Positions 1 through 10,249 of a stretch of 64,000 bases of DNA are shown piece by piece. The position numbers and the translations under genes were made by a program. This DNA is from Candidatus Dormibacter sp. (GTDB taxonomy: Bacteria > Chloroflexota > Dormibacteria > Aeolococcales > Aeolococcaceae). The notes under the pieces were generated by a model that made no database searches, was not told where the DNA came from, and saw only the letters and a list, made by a program, of their open reading frames with translations. The first letter of the stretch is position 1; every line of letters starts with the position of its first letter. The stretch covers positions 55,718-119,717 of the forward strand of contig JBDTJX010000077.1 in assembly GCA_039935655.1 (NCBI GenBank), written 5' to 3'.

Positions 1-1245
1 ACCGTCACCCAGGAAGCGTCTGCTCTGACGCGTTTTGCCAACGGTGGGATTCACCAGAACGTCGCCGACCTGAGCCTGCAACTGCGGCTCCGACTCATCC
101 GTGACGGCCGCTCCGGGATCGCGGAGATGCGCGTCGCCGCCGATGACGTCTCCGGTGTGCTTGTCGAGACAGCGGAGGACGTGCGCGCTCACTCACCGGT
201 GACTGAACAGGTGCCGCTCTACCCATCCGATGGTGGCGCCGACACCAGCGGCGGCTACAGCACCGCCACCGAGGCGGTCACCCCCGAACAACGAGCCGAC
301 CAGGTCGCCGCGATCTGCGCGGCCGCCGCTGCACGCGGCCAGGTGGCCTTCGGAACATGCGAGACCGGTGTCACCGCGGTGGCCATGGTCAGCAGCGCCG
401 GGCTGAGGCGTGCCGCCCGTCGCAGCGTGGCCGAGCTCATCGCAGTGAGCCGGTCCGACGACGGCTCGGCGTACGGGGCGCGGCACGCCGCCGACGCCAC
501 GCAGATCGATGCCGACGAGCTCGCCGCCGAGGTCACCGAGCTGTGCGCGCGCAATCGCGGCGCGCAGCCGCTCGAGCCCGGGACGTACGAGGTGGTTCTC
601 TCGCCGTACGCTGTGGCGGAGATGCTCGAGTACCTGGGCCTGGTCGGGCTCGGCGCTCTGACGGTTCTCGAGCAGCGCAGCTTCATGCGCTTCGGCGAGC
701 GGCTGATGAGCGAGTCGGTGACCATCACCGACGATGTCGGCAGGAGCGACCTGGCACCGTTGCCCTTCGACGGTGAGGGTGCCACCACACGTCCCGTGAC
801 CATCATCGACCGCGGCGTCTGCAGTGCCGTCGTCCACGACTCGGTGACCGCGGCGCGGGCCGGGGTGTCCACCACCGGCCACTCCTTCGCGCAGCCCAAC
901 GCCGATGGCCCGTTGCCGCGCTATCTGTGCCTGGCGCAGGGCGACGGCGATCCGCAAGCGATGATCGCCGCCTGCGATCGCGGGCTGCTGGTGACCCGGT
1001 TCTGGTATGTGCGCCCCGTGCATCCGCTGGCGACGATCATCACCGGCATGACCCGCGACGGGACCTTCCTCATCGCCAACGGACGGGTGGTCCGCCCGGT
1101 TCGCGACCTACGCTTCACCCAGAGCATCGTCAGCGCCCTTGCCGACGTTCGTTCCATCGGTGCGCATCGCCTCTCGGCCCGCGGATATTTCGGGGCGACG
1201 CTGGCGCCATGGCTTCACCTGGGCGCCTTCTCCTTCACCTCGTGA
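1..1245 (+). CDS. TldD/PmbA family metalloprotease (5' end outside window)
   Basis: The frame is open from base 1, in frame with ORF 127..1245. Contains FANGGIHQN and the C-terminal TRDGTFLIANGRVVRPVRDLRFTQS signature of the TldD/PmbA family. Confidence 0.8.
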   Translation, partial: TVTQEASALTRFANGGIHQNVADLSLQLRLRLIRDGRSGIAEMRVAADDVSGVLVETAEDVRAHSPVTEQVPLYPSDGGADTSGGYSTATEAVTPEQRADQVAAICAAAAARGQVAFGTCETGVTAVAMVSSAGLRRAARRSVAELIAVSRSDDGSAYGARHAADATQIDADELAAEVTELCARNRGAQPLEPGTYEVVLSPYAVAEMLEYLGLVGLGALTVLEQRSFMRFGERLMSESVTITDDVGRSDLAPLPFDGEGATTRPVTIIDRGVCSAVVHDSVTAARAGVSTTGHSFAQPNADGPLPRYLCLAQGDGDPQAMIAACDRGLLVTRFWYVRPVHPLATIITGMTRDGTFLIANGRVVRPVRDLRFTQSIVSALADVRSIGAHRLSARGYFGATLAPWLHLGAFSFTS

Positions 1246-2837
1246 GGCGGTTCACGGGGCTGCCGGGCCGGCACAGCCCGTGGTTGCTGGCGCTGGTGGC
1301 AGTTGCGGTTCTCACCGTGATCCGCAACCTTGCCGGCCTCGACAGCGCGCCGCAGGGCGCCTACGTTGACGAGACCTCGATCGGCTACAACGCGTGGGCG
1401 ATCAGCACCCACGCCGTCGACGAGCACGGTGCCCGTCTTCCCCTCTACTTCACGGCGTTTGGCGAATACAAAAACCCCGTGTACATCTACGTGCTGAGCG
1501 CGTTGCTTCGCGTGTTGCCGCTGACGGTCACCACCGAGCGCCTCCCCGCGGCGATCTTCGGCTTGCTCACCTGCATGTGCATCACGCTGATCGCGTGGCG
1601 GCGCAGCCGGTCGCTCCCCGTGACGACTCTGGTGCTGGCGTTGACTGCGCTGACCCCGTGGTTGACGGTCGAGAGTCGCGTCGGGTTCGAGGTGATCTCC
1701 ATCGTCGCGGCGCTGTCCGGCGCGCTGCTCTGCCTGTCGATCGCCCAGGCGAGCGGGCGTTGGGGTTGGTACGCGGCCGCGGGGACCCTGCTGGGTGTGT
1801 CGGTGTTCGCCTACAGCACCGGTCGCGTGGCGGTGGTGCTCCTCGGCCTTGCGCTGATGATCGCCAACATCCGACGCTGGAAAAACCGGCCGCCATGGTG
1901 GAGCATCACGCTGGTGCCGGCGGTTGCCGCCTATGGCGTGCTGGCGGCCTGGAGCGCCCAGCACCCCAACGCGATCACGGCTCGCTTCAACCTGATCAGC
2001 ATCTGGTCCGACGGCGCCCCGGTCCGCACTGTCGCCGGGCGGTTTTTGGGCAACTATTTCACCTACTTCGGTCCCGACTTCCTGTTCATCAGTGGGGACC
2101 ACAACCCGCGCCACAACACGCAGTTCTCGGGAATGCTGCTGTGGGTCGCGGCGCCACTGCTGCTCGCTGGGCTGGTGGCGGCGTGGCACCACCGCGATCA
2201 ACCGTTCGTGCGCTTCGTCGTCCTGGGCCTGGTGATGGCACCGGTCAGTGCAGCGCTCACCAACGAGAGCGTCCCGCATGCGGTGCGCGCTGCGGTCATG
2301 CTGCCGTTTCTCCTCGTCCTGTGCGTCGAAGGAATGGTCCTCGTTGCGCAGTACGCAGTGGCGTGGCGGCGCATCGATGTTGCCGCGGTCGCCGCCGCCG
2401 GCCTCGCCATCGCCGTCGAGGGAGTGCCCTTCACCATCGACATGTACGCCGTCTGGCCGGCGCGCTCGGCCACCGCGTTCGACGCCGGGGAGATCAACGC
2501 AATCGCGCGCGCGTCGACGCTCAGCGGCAGCCGGCAGCTGCTCCTCTCCATCAACCTTGACCAGCCGTACGTCCAGGCCGCGTTCGCCCTTCGTCCGCCG
2601 CCGCCGCGGACCTTCGCGGGCAATTCCGTGTTCGCGCTGCTCACTGAGATGAACATGACCCTCTTCGACCCGGCCAATCCACCGTCCGACCCGGGAGCGA
2701 TCGTCGTCCTGTACGCAGGAGACCCGGTGCCCGCCGGGGCTCAACAGCTCTTCGTCGAGGCGACACCGCAGGCCGCCCACGACGGCGGTCCGCCTCAGCT
2801 GCCGGTCACAACGGTGCTCGTCTACCGCCTGCGCTGA
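1209..2837 (+). CDS. Glycosyltransferase family 39 (PMT/ArnT-like GT-C) integral membrane protein
   Basis: ATG at 1209 lies inside the long ORF 927..2837, and the upstream part of that ORF is Arg/Pro-rich junk. More than 10 predicted TM helices and a YSTGRV-type loop typical of polyprenyl-phosphate-sugar-dependent GT39 enzymes. Overlaps the tldD stop by 37 nt. Confidence 0.72.
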   Translation: MASPGRLLLHLVRRFTGLPGRHSPWLLALVAVAVLTVIRNLAGLDSAPQGAYVDETSIGYNAWAISTHAVDEHGARLPLYFTAFGEYKNPVYIYVLSALLRVLPLTVTTERLPAAIFGLLTCMCITLIAWRRSRSLPVTTLVLALTALTPWLTVESRVGFEVISIVAALSGALLCLSIAQASGRWGWYAAAGTLLGVSVFAYSTGRVAVVLLGLALMIANIRRWKNRPPWWSITLVPAVAAYGVLAAWSAQHPNAITARFNLISIWSDGAPVRTVAGRFLGNYFTYFGPDFLFISGDHNPRHNTQFSGMLLWVAAPLLLAGLVAAWHHRDQPFVRFVVLGLVMAPVSAALTNESVPHAVRAAVMLPFLLVLCVEGMVLVAQYAVAWRRIDVAAVAAAGLAIAVEGVPFTIDMYAVWPARSATAFDAGEINAIARASTLSGSRQLLLSINLDQPYVQAAFALRPPPPRTFAGNSVFALLTEMNMTLFDPANPPSDPGAIVVLYAGDPVPAGAQQLFVEATPQAAHDGGPPQLPVTTVLVYRLR

Positions 2838-2903
2838 CCAGCCGAGGACGTGGTTGCGCCCCTCCCCTGTATGGTTCGGGCTCTTCAGTCAGGGGAGAGT
2901 GGC

Positions 2904-4070
2904 ATGAACGATGTCGTCATCATCGAGGCGGTGCGCACGCCTCTGGGCCGCGGCAACCAGAAGAACGGCGACCTTCGTGACGTGCACCCGCTGCAGCTTG
3001 CGGCGCATGTGCTGCGCGAGGTTGTCGGCCGCGCGCGCCTGGACCCCGCGCTGGTTGACGACGTCGTCATGGGGTGCGTGAGCCAGACCGGCGAGCAGTC
3101 GATCAACATCGCCCGTCAGGCCGTCCTGTGCGCCGGATTTCCCATCGAGGTTCCGGCCACCACCGTCGACCGGCAATGCGGCTCGTCGCAGCAGGCCGTG
3201 CACTTCGCCGCCAACCTGATCCAATCCGGCGTCTGCGACATCACCATCGCGGCCGGGGTCGAGAGCATGAGCCGCGTCCCCATGGGCAGCACCGTGCTCC
3301 AGGGTCCGGGCAGCCCCTACCCCCCCGAGCTGCTCGAGCACTACGACCTCGTCAACCAGGGTCTTGCCGCGGAGATGATCGCGGAGCAATGGGGAATCAG
3401 CCGCGAGCAGGCGGACGCTTTTGCAACGGAGTCGCATCGCCGCGCGGCGGCAGCGCAGGCGGCCGGCCACTTCGACAGGGAGATCGCGCCGGTCGTCGTC
3501 GGCGAGAACGGGGAGAGCCAGGTGGTGTCGCAGGACCAGGGGATCCGGCCCTCCACGTCAGTGCAGACGCTGGCTCAACTGAAACCGTCGTTCCGCCCCG
3601 ACGGCATCCTCCACGCCGGCAACTCTTCGCAGATCACCGACGGCGCCGCGGCCATCCTGCTGATGTCACGCGACCGCGCGCGACAACTCGGGCTCCACGC
3701 CCGCGCGACGATCCGCTCCCAGGCGGTCGTCGGCGTCGACCCGGTCACCATGCTGACCGGCCCGATCCCGGCAACGCGCAAGGTGCTCGAGCGCGCCGGG
3801 CTGACGGTCGAGGACATCGACCTCTTCGAGGTCAACGAGGCGTTCGCCCCGGTTGTTCTGGCCTGGGAGCACGAGCACCACCCCGACATGGCCAGGGTCA
3901 ACGTCAACGGTGGCGCAATCGCCCTGGGGCACCCTCTCGGAGCCAGCGGCGCGCGGCTGATGACCACGCTCCTCCACGAGCTCGAGCGCCGGGATGCCCG
4001 GCTTGGCCTTCAGACCATGTGCTGTGGCGGAGGCCTGGGGACGGCGACCATTGTCGATCGCGACGCCTGA
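2904..4070 (+). CDS. Acetyl-CoA C-acetyltransferase (thiolase II)
   Basis: MNDVVIIEAVRTPLGRG N-terminus, active-site Cys in DRQCGSSQQA, C-terminal CCGGGLG. ATG 2904 is preceded by GGGGAGAG at a Shine-Dalgarno-appropriate spacing. Confidence 0.9.
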   Translation: MNDVVIIEAVRTPLGRGNQKNGDLRDVHPLQLAAHVLREVVGRARLDPALVDDVVMGCVSQTGEQSINIARQAVLCAGFPIEVPATTVDRQCGSSQQAVHFAANLIQSGVCDITIAAGVESMSRVPMGSTVLQGPGSPYPPELLEHYDLVNQGLAAEMIAEQWGISREQADAFATESHRRAAAAQAAGHFDREIAPVVVGENGESQVVSQDQGIRPSTSVQTLAQLKPSFRPDGILHAGNSSQITDGAAAILLMSRDRARQLGLHARATIRSQAVVGVDPVTMLTGPIPATRKVLERAGLTVEDIDLFEVNEAFAPVVLAWEHEHHPDMARVNVNGGAIALGHPLGASGARLMTTLLHELERRDARLGLQTMCCGGGLGTATIVDRDA

Positions 4071-4071
4071 C

Positions 4072-4092
4072 GGGAGGGGATCTGCCCCTCCC
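4072..4092 (+). terminator. GC-rich hairpin immediately after the thiolase stop (GGGAGGGG-ATCTG-CCCCTCCC)
   Basis: Perfect 8-bp inverted repeat with a 5-nt loop, starting 2 nt after TGA at 4068-4070. There is no U-tract, so it is either a factor-independent terminator of the actinobacterial type or an RNA-stability element. Confidence 0.35.
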
Positions 4093-4202
4093 GGTCAAAC
4101 AGGGGTCACGCTCCTGTCGCAGAGTGGCCGAAGCTTTGAAGGTGATTGGTATGCTCAGGCAGCCTTGCGCCTCACCACCATGACCGACTGCCTGCCAGCG
4201 CG

Positions 4203-4568
4203 ATGAAGAAAGTCCTGATCATCGAGGACTATTACGCCCTCGCCGACATCGAGTCGCTCCTCTGCACCATGGAGGGGTATGAGGTACGGGTCGCCAAGAG
4301 TGGCGACGAAGGGCTGACCGTGTTCACCGACTTCAGGCCCGACCTGGTGCTCCTTGACCTGATGCTCCCCGGGGAATTGAGCGGCACACAGGTGCTCGAG
4401 CGCATTCGCGCTGAGCACGGCGAGGCCGCCAAGGTGCTGGTGGTGAGCGCGCTGGTGAACGCCACGACAACGCCCAAGCTCGAGGCCTATGGCAATGTCC
4501 AGACGCTTGCCAAGCCCTTCAAGATCAAGGAACTCGCCTCGCGCATCCAATCGATGCTCGCGGCCTGA
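4203..4568 (+). CDS. Single-domain response regulator (CheY-like receiver)
   Basis: MKKVLIIEDYY...LVLLDLMLPG (phospho-acceptor Asp)...KPF. It has a receiver domain only and no output domain. ATG at 4203. Confidence 0.8.
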   Translation: MKKVLIIEDYYALADIESLLCTMEGYEVRVAKSGDEGLTVFTDFRPDLVLLDLMLPGELSGTQVLERIRAEHGEAAKVLVVSALVNATTTPKLEAYGNVQTLAKPFKIKELASRIQSMLAA

Positions 4569-4584
4569 CCCGCAGCCGGCAGAG

Positions 4585-4881
4585 ATGCGCGCCGAACCGC
4601 CGCCGCCATCGGGGCGCGACGAGAGCCGCCAGCGCTCAGCTCGTCCCGCCCGCCGGACCGTCCCGCTGCAGCGCTGCCCATACCTGGAGCAGATCCTTCG
4701 CGAGCCGGCGATGCTGGGGCTGCTGACGCGCTACAAGGCGGACTGCCACGTCGACCGTCGCACCCACAAATTCACCGGCCGCCACCCGGTGCCGCCGTGT
4801 ATCAGCGACGCCACGACCTGTCACCTCTATCGCGAGAAGTGGGCCGAGGAGAGCCACCTCATCGATCGCTACCGCGACTGA
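4585..4881 (+). CDS. Hypothetical small Cys/His-containing protein (possible zinc-binding)
   Basis: ORF with high GC3, CPYLEQIL...CHVDRRTHKFTGRHPVPPCISDATTCHLYREKW. It directly follows the receiver gene and overlaps the metH 3' end by 13 nt convergently. No family was recognised. Confidence 0.35.
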   Translation: MRAEPPPPSGRDESRQRSARPARRTVPLQRCPYLEQILREPAMLGLLTRYKADCHVDRRTHKFTGRHPVPPCISDATTCHLYREKWAEESHLIDRYRD

Positions 4882-7800
4882 CCCGCCGCCACGGGAAGCC
4901 GCGGCTCCGACTCGGGTGCGCCTGGGCCGTCCAGGTCGTCGCCGCCGTAGACGGCGAAGTACCGCGACTGCGGATGGTGGAGAACGATCGCCGCGGTCGA
5001 CTGCTCGGGCACCAGCTGGAACCCCTGGGTCAGCTCGACGCCGATGAGGTCGCCGGGGACGATCCGGAAGAACGTCTGGTGGTCCTCGAGGTAGGGACAC
5101 GACGGGTAGCCCCACGAGTAGCGGCGCCCCTGGTCAGCTTCGAGGCCGAGCTCGTCGCGGATCTGCAGGTGCAGCCATTCCGCCGTGGCCTCGGCCATCT
5201 GGGTGGCGAACCCATGCACGCGGAGCATGTCGTCGTACTCCCCGTCACGCTGCAGCTGAGCGCTCAGCTCCGAGGCGCCAGGGCCGGTGGTGACCAACTG
5301 GAGCGCGACCACGTCGCGCTCGCCGTCCTTGGCAAGCTGCTCGATCGGGCGCACGTAGTCGGCGAGGCAGAGGCGGTTCTGGGCGCGCTGTCGCGGGAAC
5401 GCGAAGCGCGCCAGCTCGACATCGTGGCGTTCTGGGTCGTAGATGACCACCGAGTCGCCGTCGGCGAGCGCCGGCCAGTACCCGTACACCGCCTGCAGGC
5501 GCAGCCAGTCGCCCCGCCTGGCCTCGTCGATGGAGCGCGCCAGCCGTGGCTCGAGCTCCGTCTGGAGCAGGGTGGCCCACTTCACCGGGTCGTGCACGCC
5601 CTTGAACTGCCAGCTCATCTTGAAGAGCGAGTTGCGGTCGATGCAGGGAATGACCGCGTCGAGGTCGATGTTGTCCAGCCGGCGAGGCCCCCAGAACGGC
5701 GGCACCGGCAAAGCCACGTCGGTTCGAGTGTCGCTGCGCAGCGCCACCGGTGCGCCGTCGGTCTGTGCCGCCGCCGCGTGGCGTCGCACCTCGCGCTCAC
5801 CGTCACGCTCAGCCTGGTGGACGGCCTCCTCGCGGATTCGCTCGACAAGAGCAACCCGGCGCGGCTCGTCGCGCAGCTGCTCCACGGTGTCGAGCCCCTC
5901 GAAGGCGTCCTTGCAGTAGAAGACGCCCGGGTCGTAGATGCGGCCGTCGTCCAGCGTGAGGATGCGCCGGCCGAAGCCGCGGTTGATGGCAGCGCCCCCG
6001 ATGATCACGGGGAACCCGAGGCCGCGCGCGGAAAGCTCGTTCAGGCAGAGCGGCATCTGCTTGCTGGTGCTCACCAGCAGCGCGCTCAAGCCGATCACGT
6101 CCGCGTCAACCTCGACCGCGCGGTCGATGATGGTCGTCATCGGCACCTGCTTGCCAAGGTCGTGCACGGTGTACCCGTTGTTGCTGAGGATCGTGTTGAC
6201 CAGGTTCTTGCCGATATCGTGCACGTCGCCGTAGACGGTCGCCAGCACGACCGTGCCCTTGGACGTGCCCTCGACGCGGTCGAGGTACTTCTCGAGCTGC
6301 CCGACGGCGCGCTTCATCACCTCGGCGCTCTGCAGCACGAAGGGGAGGATCAGCTCGCCGGCGCCAAAGCGGTCACCCACCTCCTTCATCGCCGGGAGGA
6401 GCACCTCGTTGAGCACCAGCACGGGGTCGCGCTCAGCAACGGCGAGGTCGATCTGCTCTTCGATGCCGTCGCGGCGGCGCTGCAGGATCTGCGCATGGAT
6501 GCGTGCGGCGGGGTCCATGCCCGCGTACGGATCGGCGCTGCTCTCCACGGCGGCACTGTCGCCGGCACCGTCGAAGTGGGTGATGAATCGCGCCAGCGCG
6601 TCCTCCCGCCGGTTGAAGATGAGGTCCTCGGCGAGCTCACGTTCGGCGGCCCCGATCTCCGCATACGGGGTGATGTGGGCGGGGTTGACGATGGCCGCGT
6701 CCAGCCCGGCCTGCACGGAGTGATAGAGGAAGACACTGTTCAGGCAGGGCCGGCTCGCCGGCGAGAGTCCGAAGGACACGTTGGAGACTCCGAGGACGGT
6801 CCCGACCCCGGGGAGCGATTCCTTGATCCGCCGGATCCCCTCGATGGTCTCGTGCGCGGAGTCGATGTACTCGGCCTCGCCGGTGGCCAGTGTGAAGGTC
6901 AACGCGTCGAAGAGCAACTGCTCACTTTTCAGGCCGAATTCCTCGCCGGCAAGGTCGCGGATCCGCGTGGCCACGGCCAGCTTGCGCTCGGCGGTGTTGG
7001 CCATGCCCGCCTCATCGATGGTCAGCGCGATGACACACGCACCGTGGTCGCGCACCAGCGGGAGCACGCTCTCGCAGCGGGTGCGGCCGTTCTCGAGGTT
7101 GACGCTGTTGACCACCGCGCGTCCGGGGTTGGACTCGAGCGCGGCGCGGATCACGTTGGCGTCGGTGCTGTCGATGATCAGCGGCGCGTCGACGGACATC
7201 TCGAGCCCGCGCACCACCTCGCGCATCTGCTCGGCTTCGTCGGCGCGCTCGGTGACGGCGACGCACACGTCGAGCGCATGCGCCCCGCCCTCGGACTGTC
7301 CGCGGCCGATGGCGACGATGCCGTCGTAGTCCTCATCGAGCAGGAGTCGCTTCACCGCTCGCGACCCCTGCGCGTTGACACGCTCACCGATGAGCAGCGG
7401 CGCCGGTTGCTGGCGGAGATCGAGGTCGCTCATCGCGCTGGCCAGGCGCGGCACGCCATCGCCGCGGCGAGGCGGAGCGGGTAGCGATCCCACCCGAGCC
7501 ACGAGCTCCGCGATGTGCTCGCTCGTGGTCCCACAACAGCCGCCCACCGCGGCCACCCCAAGACGGCGGACGAAGTCCTCCAGCTGCACCCCCATGTCGA
7601 CAGCGCCGAGTGGGAAGTGAGCACGCCCGCCGACGTTGCTGGGGATGCCGGCGTTGGGGATGCACGTCACCGGCATAGAGCTGCGTTCCGTGAGGACGCG
7701 GATGCCGTCGCGCATCAGCTCAGGGCCTGTCGAGCAGTTCAGTCCGATGATGTCGACACCGAGCGAGTCGAGGATGGCGACGACCGCACCGGGCTGCGTT

Positions 7801-8447
7801 CCCAGGAGCATGGTTCCGCTGGTGTCGAGCAGGCTGACCGACGCCTGCAGCGGAACGGTGACGCCGGTGCGAGCGAACGCCTCCCGACAGCCGAGGATCG
7901 CTGCTTTCACCTCGAGGATGTCTTGCGCAGTCTCGACGATGAGGAGGTCGCTGCCGCCCTCGATGAGACCCTGTGCCTGCTCGGCAAACGTCTCCACCAA
8001 CGCTGCAAAGCTGATATCGGACAGCGTGGGATCGCTCGACGAGGGCAGGTAGCCTGTCGGTCCCATGCTTCCCGCCACGAAGCGCGGCTGTTCGGCGGTG
8101 CTGTACTCGTCGCAGAGGCGCCGCGCCAGCGCGGCAGCCTGGCGGTTCAGCTCGAGGGTGTGCTCGGCCTGTCCCCACTCCGCCAGGCGCAGGCGCGTTG
8201 CCTGGAACGTGGCGGTCTCCACGACGTCGCAGCCCACCTCGAGGAACGAACGGTGCACCTTCTCGACCAGGTGTGGCGCGTGCAGGACGAGTCCGTCCAT
8301 CCAGCCTTCGAGCTTCGCCCCCCCGAAATCGGCGGCGGTGGGCTCGAACGACTGCAGGCCGGTTCCCATGGCGCCGTCATAGACGAGGACACGCCGACTG
8401 AGGGCTTCGAGAAAGGAGTGGCGATGGATCGCCGGTGTCTGAGTCAT
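4869..8447 (-). CDS. metH: Methionine synthase, cobalamin-dependent (5-methyltetrahydrofolate-homocysteine methyltransferase)
   Basis: 1192-aa ORF with Hcy-binding, pterin-binding, B12-binding (DVHDIGKN) and AdoMet-activation domains in canonical order. AGGAGAG Shine-Dalgarno lies 5 nt upstream of ATG (complement of 8445-8447). Confidence 0.95.
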   Translation of the reverse strand: MTQTPAIHRHSFLEALSRRVLVYDGAMGTGLQSFEPTAADFGGAKLEGWMDGLVLHAPHLVEKVHRSFLEVGCDVVETATFQATRLRLAEWGQAEHTLELNRQAAALARRLCDEYSTAEQPRFVAGSMGPTGYLPSSSDPTLSDISFAALVETFAEQAQGLIEGGSDLLIVETAQDILEVKAAILGCREAFARTGVTVPLQASVSLLDTSGTMLLGTQPGAVVAILDSLGVDIIGLNCSTGPELMRDGIRVLTERSSMPVTCIPNAGIPSNVGGRAHFPLGAVDMGVQLEDFVRRLGVAAVGGCCGTTSEHIAELVARVGSLPAPPRRGDGVPRLASAMSDLDLRQQPAPLLIGERVNAQGSRAVKRLLLDEDYDGIVAIGRGQSEGGAHALDVCVAVTERADEAEQMREVVRGLEMSVDAPLIIDSTDANVIRAALESNPGRAVVNSVNLENGRTRCESVLPLVRDHGACVIALTIDEAGMANTAERKLAVATRIRDLAGEEFGLKSEQLLFDALTFTLATGEAEYIDSAHETIEGIRRIKESLPGVGTVLGVSNVSFGLSPASRPCLNSVFLYHSVQAGLDAAIVNPAHITPYAEIGAAERELAEDLIFNRREDALARFITHFDGAGDSAAVESSADPYAGMDPAARIHAQILQRRRDGIEEQIDLAVAERDPVLVLNEVLLPAMKEVGDRFGAGELILPFVLQSAEVMKRAVGQLEKYLDRVEGTSKGTVVLATVYGDVHDIGKNLVNTILSNNGYTVHDLGKQVPMTTIIDRAVEVDADVIGLSALLVSTSKQMPLCLNELSARGLGFPVIIGGAAINRGFGRRILTLDDGRIYDPGVFYCKDAFEGLDTVEQLRDEPRRVALVERIREEAVHQAERDGEREVRRHAAAAQTDGAPVALRSDTRTDVALPVPPFWGPRRLDNIDLDAVIPCIDRNSLFKMSWQFKGVHDPVKWATLLQTELEPRLARSIDEARRGDWLRLQAVYGYWPALADGDSVVIYDPERHDVELARFAFPRQRAQNRLCLADYVRPIEQLAKDGERDVVALQLVTTGPGASELSAQLQRDGEYDDMLRVHGFATQMAEATAEWLHLQIRDELGLEADQGRRYSWGYPSCPYLEDHQTFFRIVPGDLIGVELTQGFQLVPEQSTAAIVLHHPQSRYFAVYGGDDLDGPGAPESEPRLPVAAGQSR

Positions 8448-8685
8448 TCACTCTCCTGTGAATTCACCTGATTCTACTGGCGATTCGAATTCTCGCGGCC
8501 GCAATCGTGGCGGTGGCCATGTTACCCTCGGCCGCGTTGCGGACCCCACCGCACAGCATTCCGGGGAGATCCTCTTGGCCCGACGTCCACCTCGGCCCGG
8601 CGGCGCCCGCCGCCGCGGTCCCGCACGCCGCCGCGATCCCGCGGCCGCGGCGCAGGCCGCCGAGGTCAAGGAGGAGACGATCGAG
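8448..8685. promoter_or_regulatory. Divergent metH/infA control region with a local AT-rich island and palindromes
   Basis: Perfect 10-bp palindrome GTGAATTCAC at 8458-8467 abuts the metH Shine-Dalgarno. A second GAATTC-centred imperfect palindrome lies at 8485-8495. The remainder is GC-rich 5' leader for infA. Confidence 0.3.
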
Positions 8686-8880
8686 ATGGACGCCACCGTC
8701 GTCGAGCCGCTTCCCAACGCCATGTTCAAGGTGAAGCTACTCACCGGCCAGGAGGTCCTCGCCTACACGGCCGGCAAGATGCGCAAGTTCTACATCCGCA
8801 TCCTCATCGGCGACAAGGTGCGCGTCGAGCTGAGCCCGTACGACCTCACCCGCGGGCGGATCACCTTCCGCTACAAGTAG
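8686..8880 (+). CDS. infA: Translation initiation factor IF-1
   Basis: [10 protein letters not shown]...[11 protein letters not shown]...[24 protein letters not shown] Shine-Dalgarno lies 9 nt upstream of ATG 8686. The product is 64 aa, slightly shorter than typical; no in-frame alternative start was found upstream. Confidence 0.85.
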   Translation: MDATVVEPLPNAMFKVKLLTGQEVLAYTAGKMRKFYIRILIGDKVRVELSPYDLTRGRITFRYK

Positions 8881-8887
8881 CGAGCGG

Positions 8888-9364
8888 ATGGCGGTCTACG
8901 TCATCGTCATCGTGCTCGTGGTGCTGCTGCTGTTCGCGGCCTATCGCTCCCTGGGAGGCTCCGCGCCCCGACCCGCCGACACGCCGGCGCTGCTGGATTC
9001 GCTGCGCGAGCCACTGCGTGCGTCTCTCGATGGACTGTCGGCGTGGGCGGATGCACCCGTGCCTCGAGTCGTGGACGAAGCGGCCGCGCGCGCCGGTCGG
9101 CGCCGAGCCGCCGGCGTCCAGCAGACGCTCGACAGTCTCCCGACCACCGACGACCTTGCCGAGGATGAAGCGGCCGTGCGCGCGTTGCTTGCCGCCGCTG
9201 CCGAGGACGCCGCGTGGGCCTGGCGCATGGTGCAGGCCGACGGCGTCAGTCCCGGGCTCGGGGCCGCGGTGATCGCGTTGCGCGACCACGCCACCGAGTG
9301 CTGCGCTGCGGCTGACGGTTTACTCGGCCGCGCGGCGGGAGGCGAACCAGGCGACCGTCTGTGA
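8888..9364 (+). CDS. Hypothetical membrane-anchored protein
   Basis: N-terminal TM helix (VYVIVIVLVVLLLFAAY) followed by an Ala/Asp-rich soluble region. GC3 is high. Overlaps the convergent epimerase 3' end by 45 nt. Confidence 0.5.
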   Translation: MAVYVIVIVLVVLLLFAAYRSLGGSAPRPADTPALLDSLREPLRASLDGLSAWADAPVPRVVDEAAARAGRRRAAGVQQTLDSLPTTDDLAEDEAAVRALLAAAAEDAAWAWRMVQADGVSPGLGAAVIALRDHATECCAAADGLLGRAAGGEPGDRL

Positions 9365-10249
9365 CAGCCCGTCGGCGAGGCCGACCCGCGGACGCCAGTC
9401 GAGCAGCTCGGCAGCGCGCGAGACGTCGAGCGCGGAGCGGCGCTGCTCGCCCGGCATTCCCGGCCCGTGTTGCGGCGCGCGGGGGGCGCCGGCCGCCCGG
9501 ACAAGGTGTGCGTAGAGCTCGTTGACGTCGCATTCGACGCCGGTGCCGATGTTGAATGCACCGAGGTTGGGGGTCTGCGCCGCGCGCAGGTTGGCAGCGA
9601 CCACGTCGTCGACGTGCACGTAGTCGCGGGTCTGGCGACCGTCCCCGTTGATGACGACGTCGCGGCCGGCCAGCAGGTGTTCGGCAAAGATCGCCACCAC
9701 ACCCGCCTCCCCATGCGGGTCCTGCCGCGGCCCGTACACGTTGGCGTAGCGAAGCGCTACGAATTCGAGGCCGTGCACCCCTGCGAACACACCGCCGTAG
9801 ATCTCGCCGGCCAGCTTGGCGGCGCCGTACGCCGACGCCGGCGTGCACGGGTGGGTCTCCGGGGTGGGCAGCACATCGGTGTCGCCATACAGCGCGCCCC
9901 CACTCGATGCGAACACCACCCTGCGAACCCCGGCGCGCACGCAGGCGTCGAGCACGTTGACGGTGCCGAGCACGTTCACCCGGGTGTCGAACACCGGCTC
10001 TCTGACGGAGCGACGCACATCGATCTGCGCGGCATGGTGAAACACGATGTCGGGCGCGACAGCGGCGATCACGAGAGCAAGCCCCTCGTCGCCGATGTCG
10101 ACACGATGGAACGCTGCCGCGTCCGCCACCTGCCCGCGCCGGCCACGCGACAGGTCGTCGACCACGCTCACGTCCGCGCCTTCGCCGAGCAGCGCATCGA
10201 CCAGCGTCGAGCCGATGAACCCGGCGCCGCCCGTGACCAGCGCCCTCAA
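9320..10249 (-). CDS. NAD-dependent epimerase/dehydratase (GalE-like SDR)
   Basis: MRALVTGGAGFIGS Rossmann motif and YGAAK catalytic motif. 309 aa. Confidence 0.85.
   Translation of the reverse strand: MRALVTGGAGFIGSTLVDALLGEGADVSVVDDLSRGRRGQVADAAAFHRVDIGDEGLALVIAAVAPDIVFHHAAQIDVRRSVREPVFDTRVNVLGTVNVLDACVRAGVRRVVFASSGGALYGDTDVLPTPETHPCTPASAYGAAKLAGEIYGGVFAGVHGLEFVALRYANVYGPRQDPHGEAGVVAIFAEHLLAGRDVVINGDGRQTRDYVHVDDVVAANLRAAQTPNLGAFNIGTGVECDVNELYAHLVRAAGAPRAPQHGPGMPGEQRRSALDVSRAAELLDWRPRVGLADGLSQTVAWFASRRAAE

Noticed and set aside
1215-2780. 521-aa minus-strand ORF antisense to the GT39 gene
   Set aside because: Arg/Asp/Gly/His-rich low-complexity translation with no hydrophobic core, typical of a wrong frame in GC-rich coding DNA. 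It fully overlaps a membrane protein with coherent TM structure.
4797-7484. 895-aa plus-strand ORF antisense to metH
   Set aside because: Translation is dominated by Arg, Gly, Asp, Val, Leu and His with no domain. metH on the other strand is unambiguous.
8448-8685. Possible SAM or cobalamin riboswitch in the metH leader
   Set aside because: No recognisable conserved core of either riboswitch class could be identified by eye, so only the palindromes are reported.
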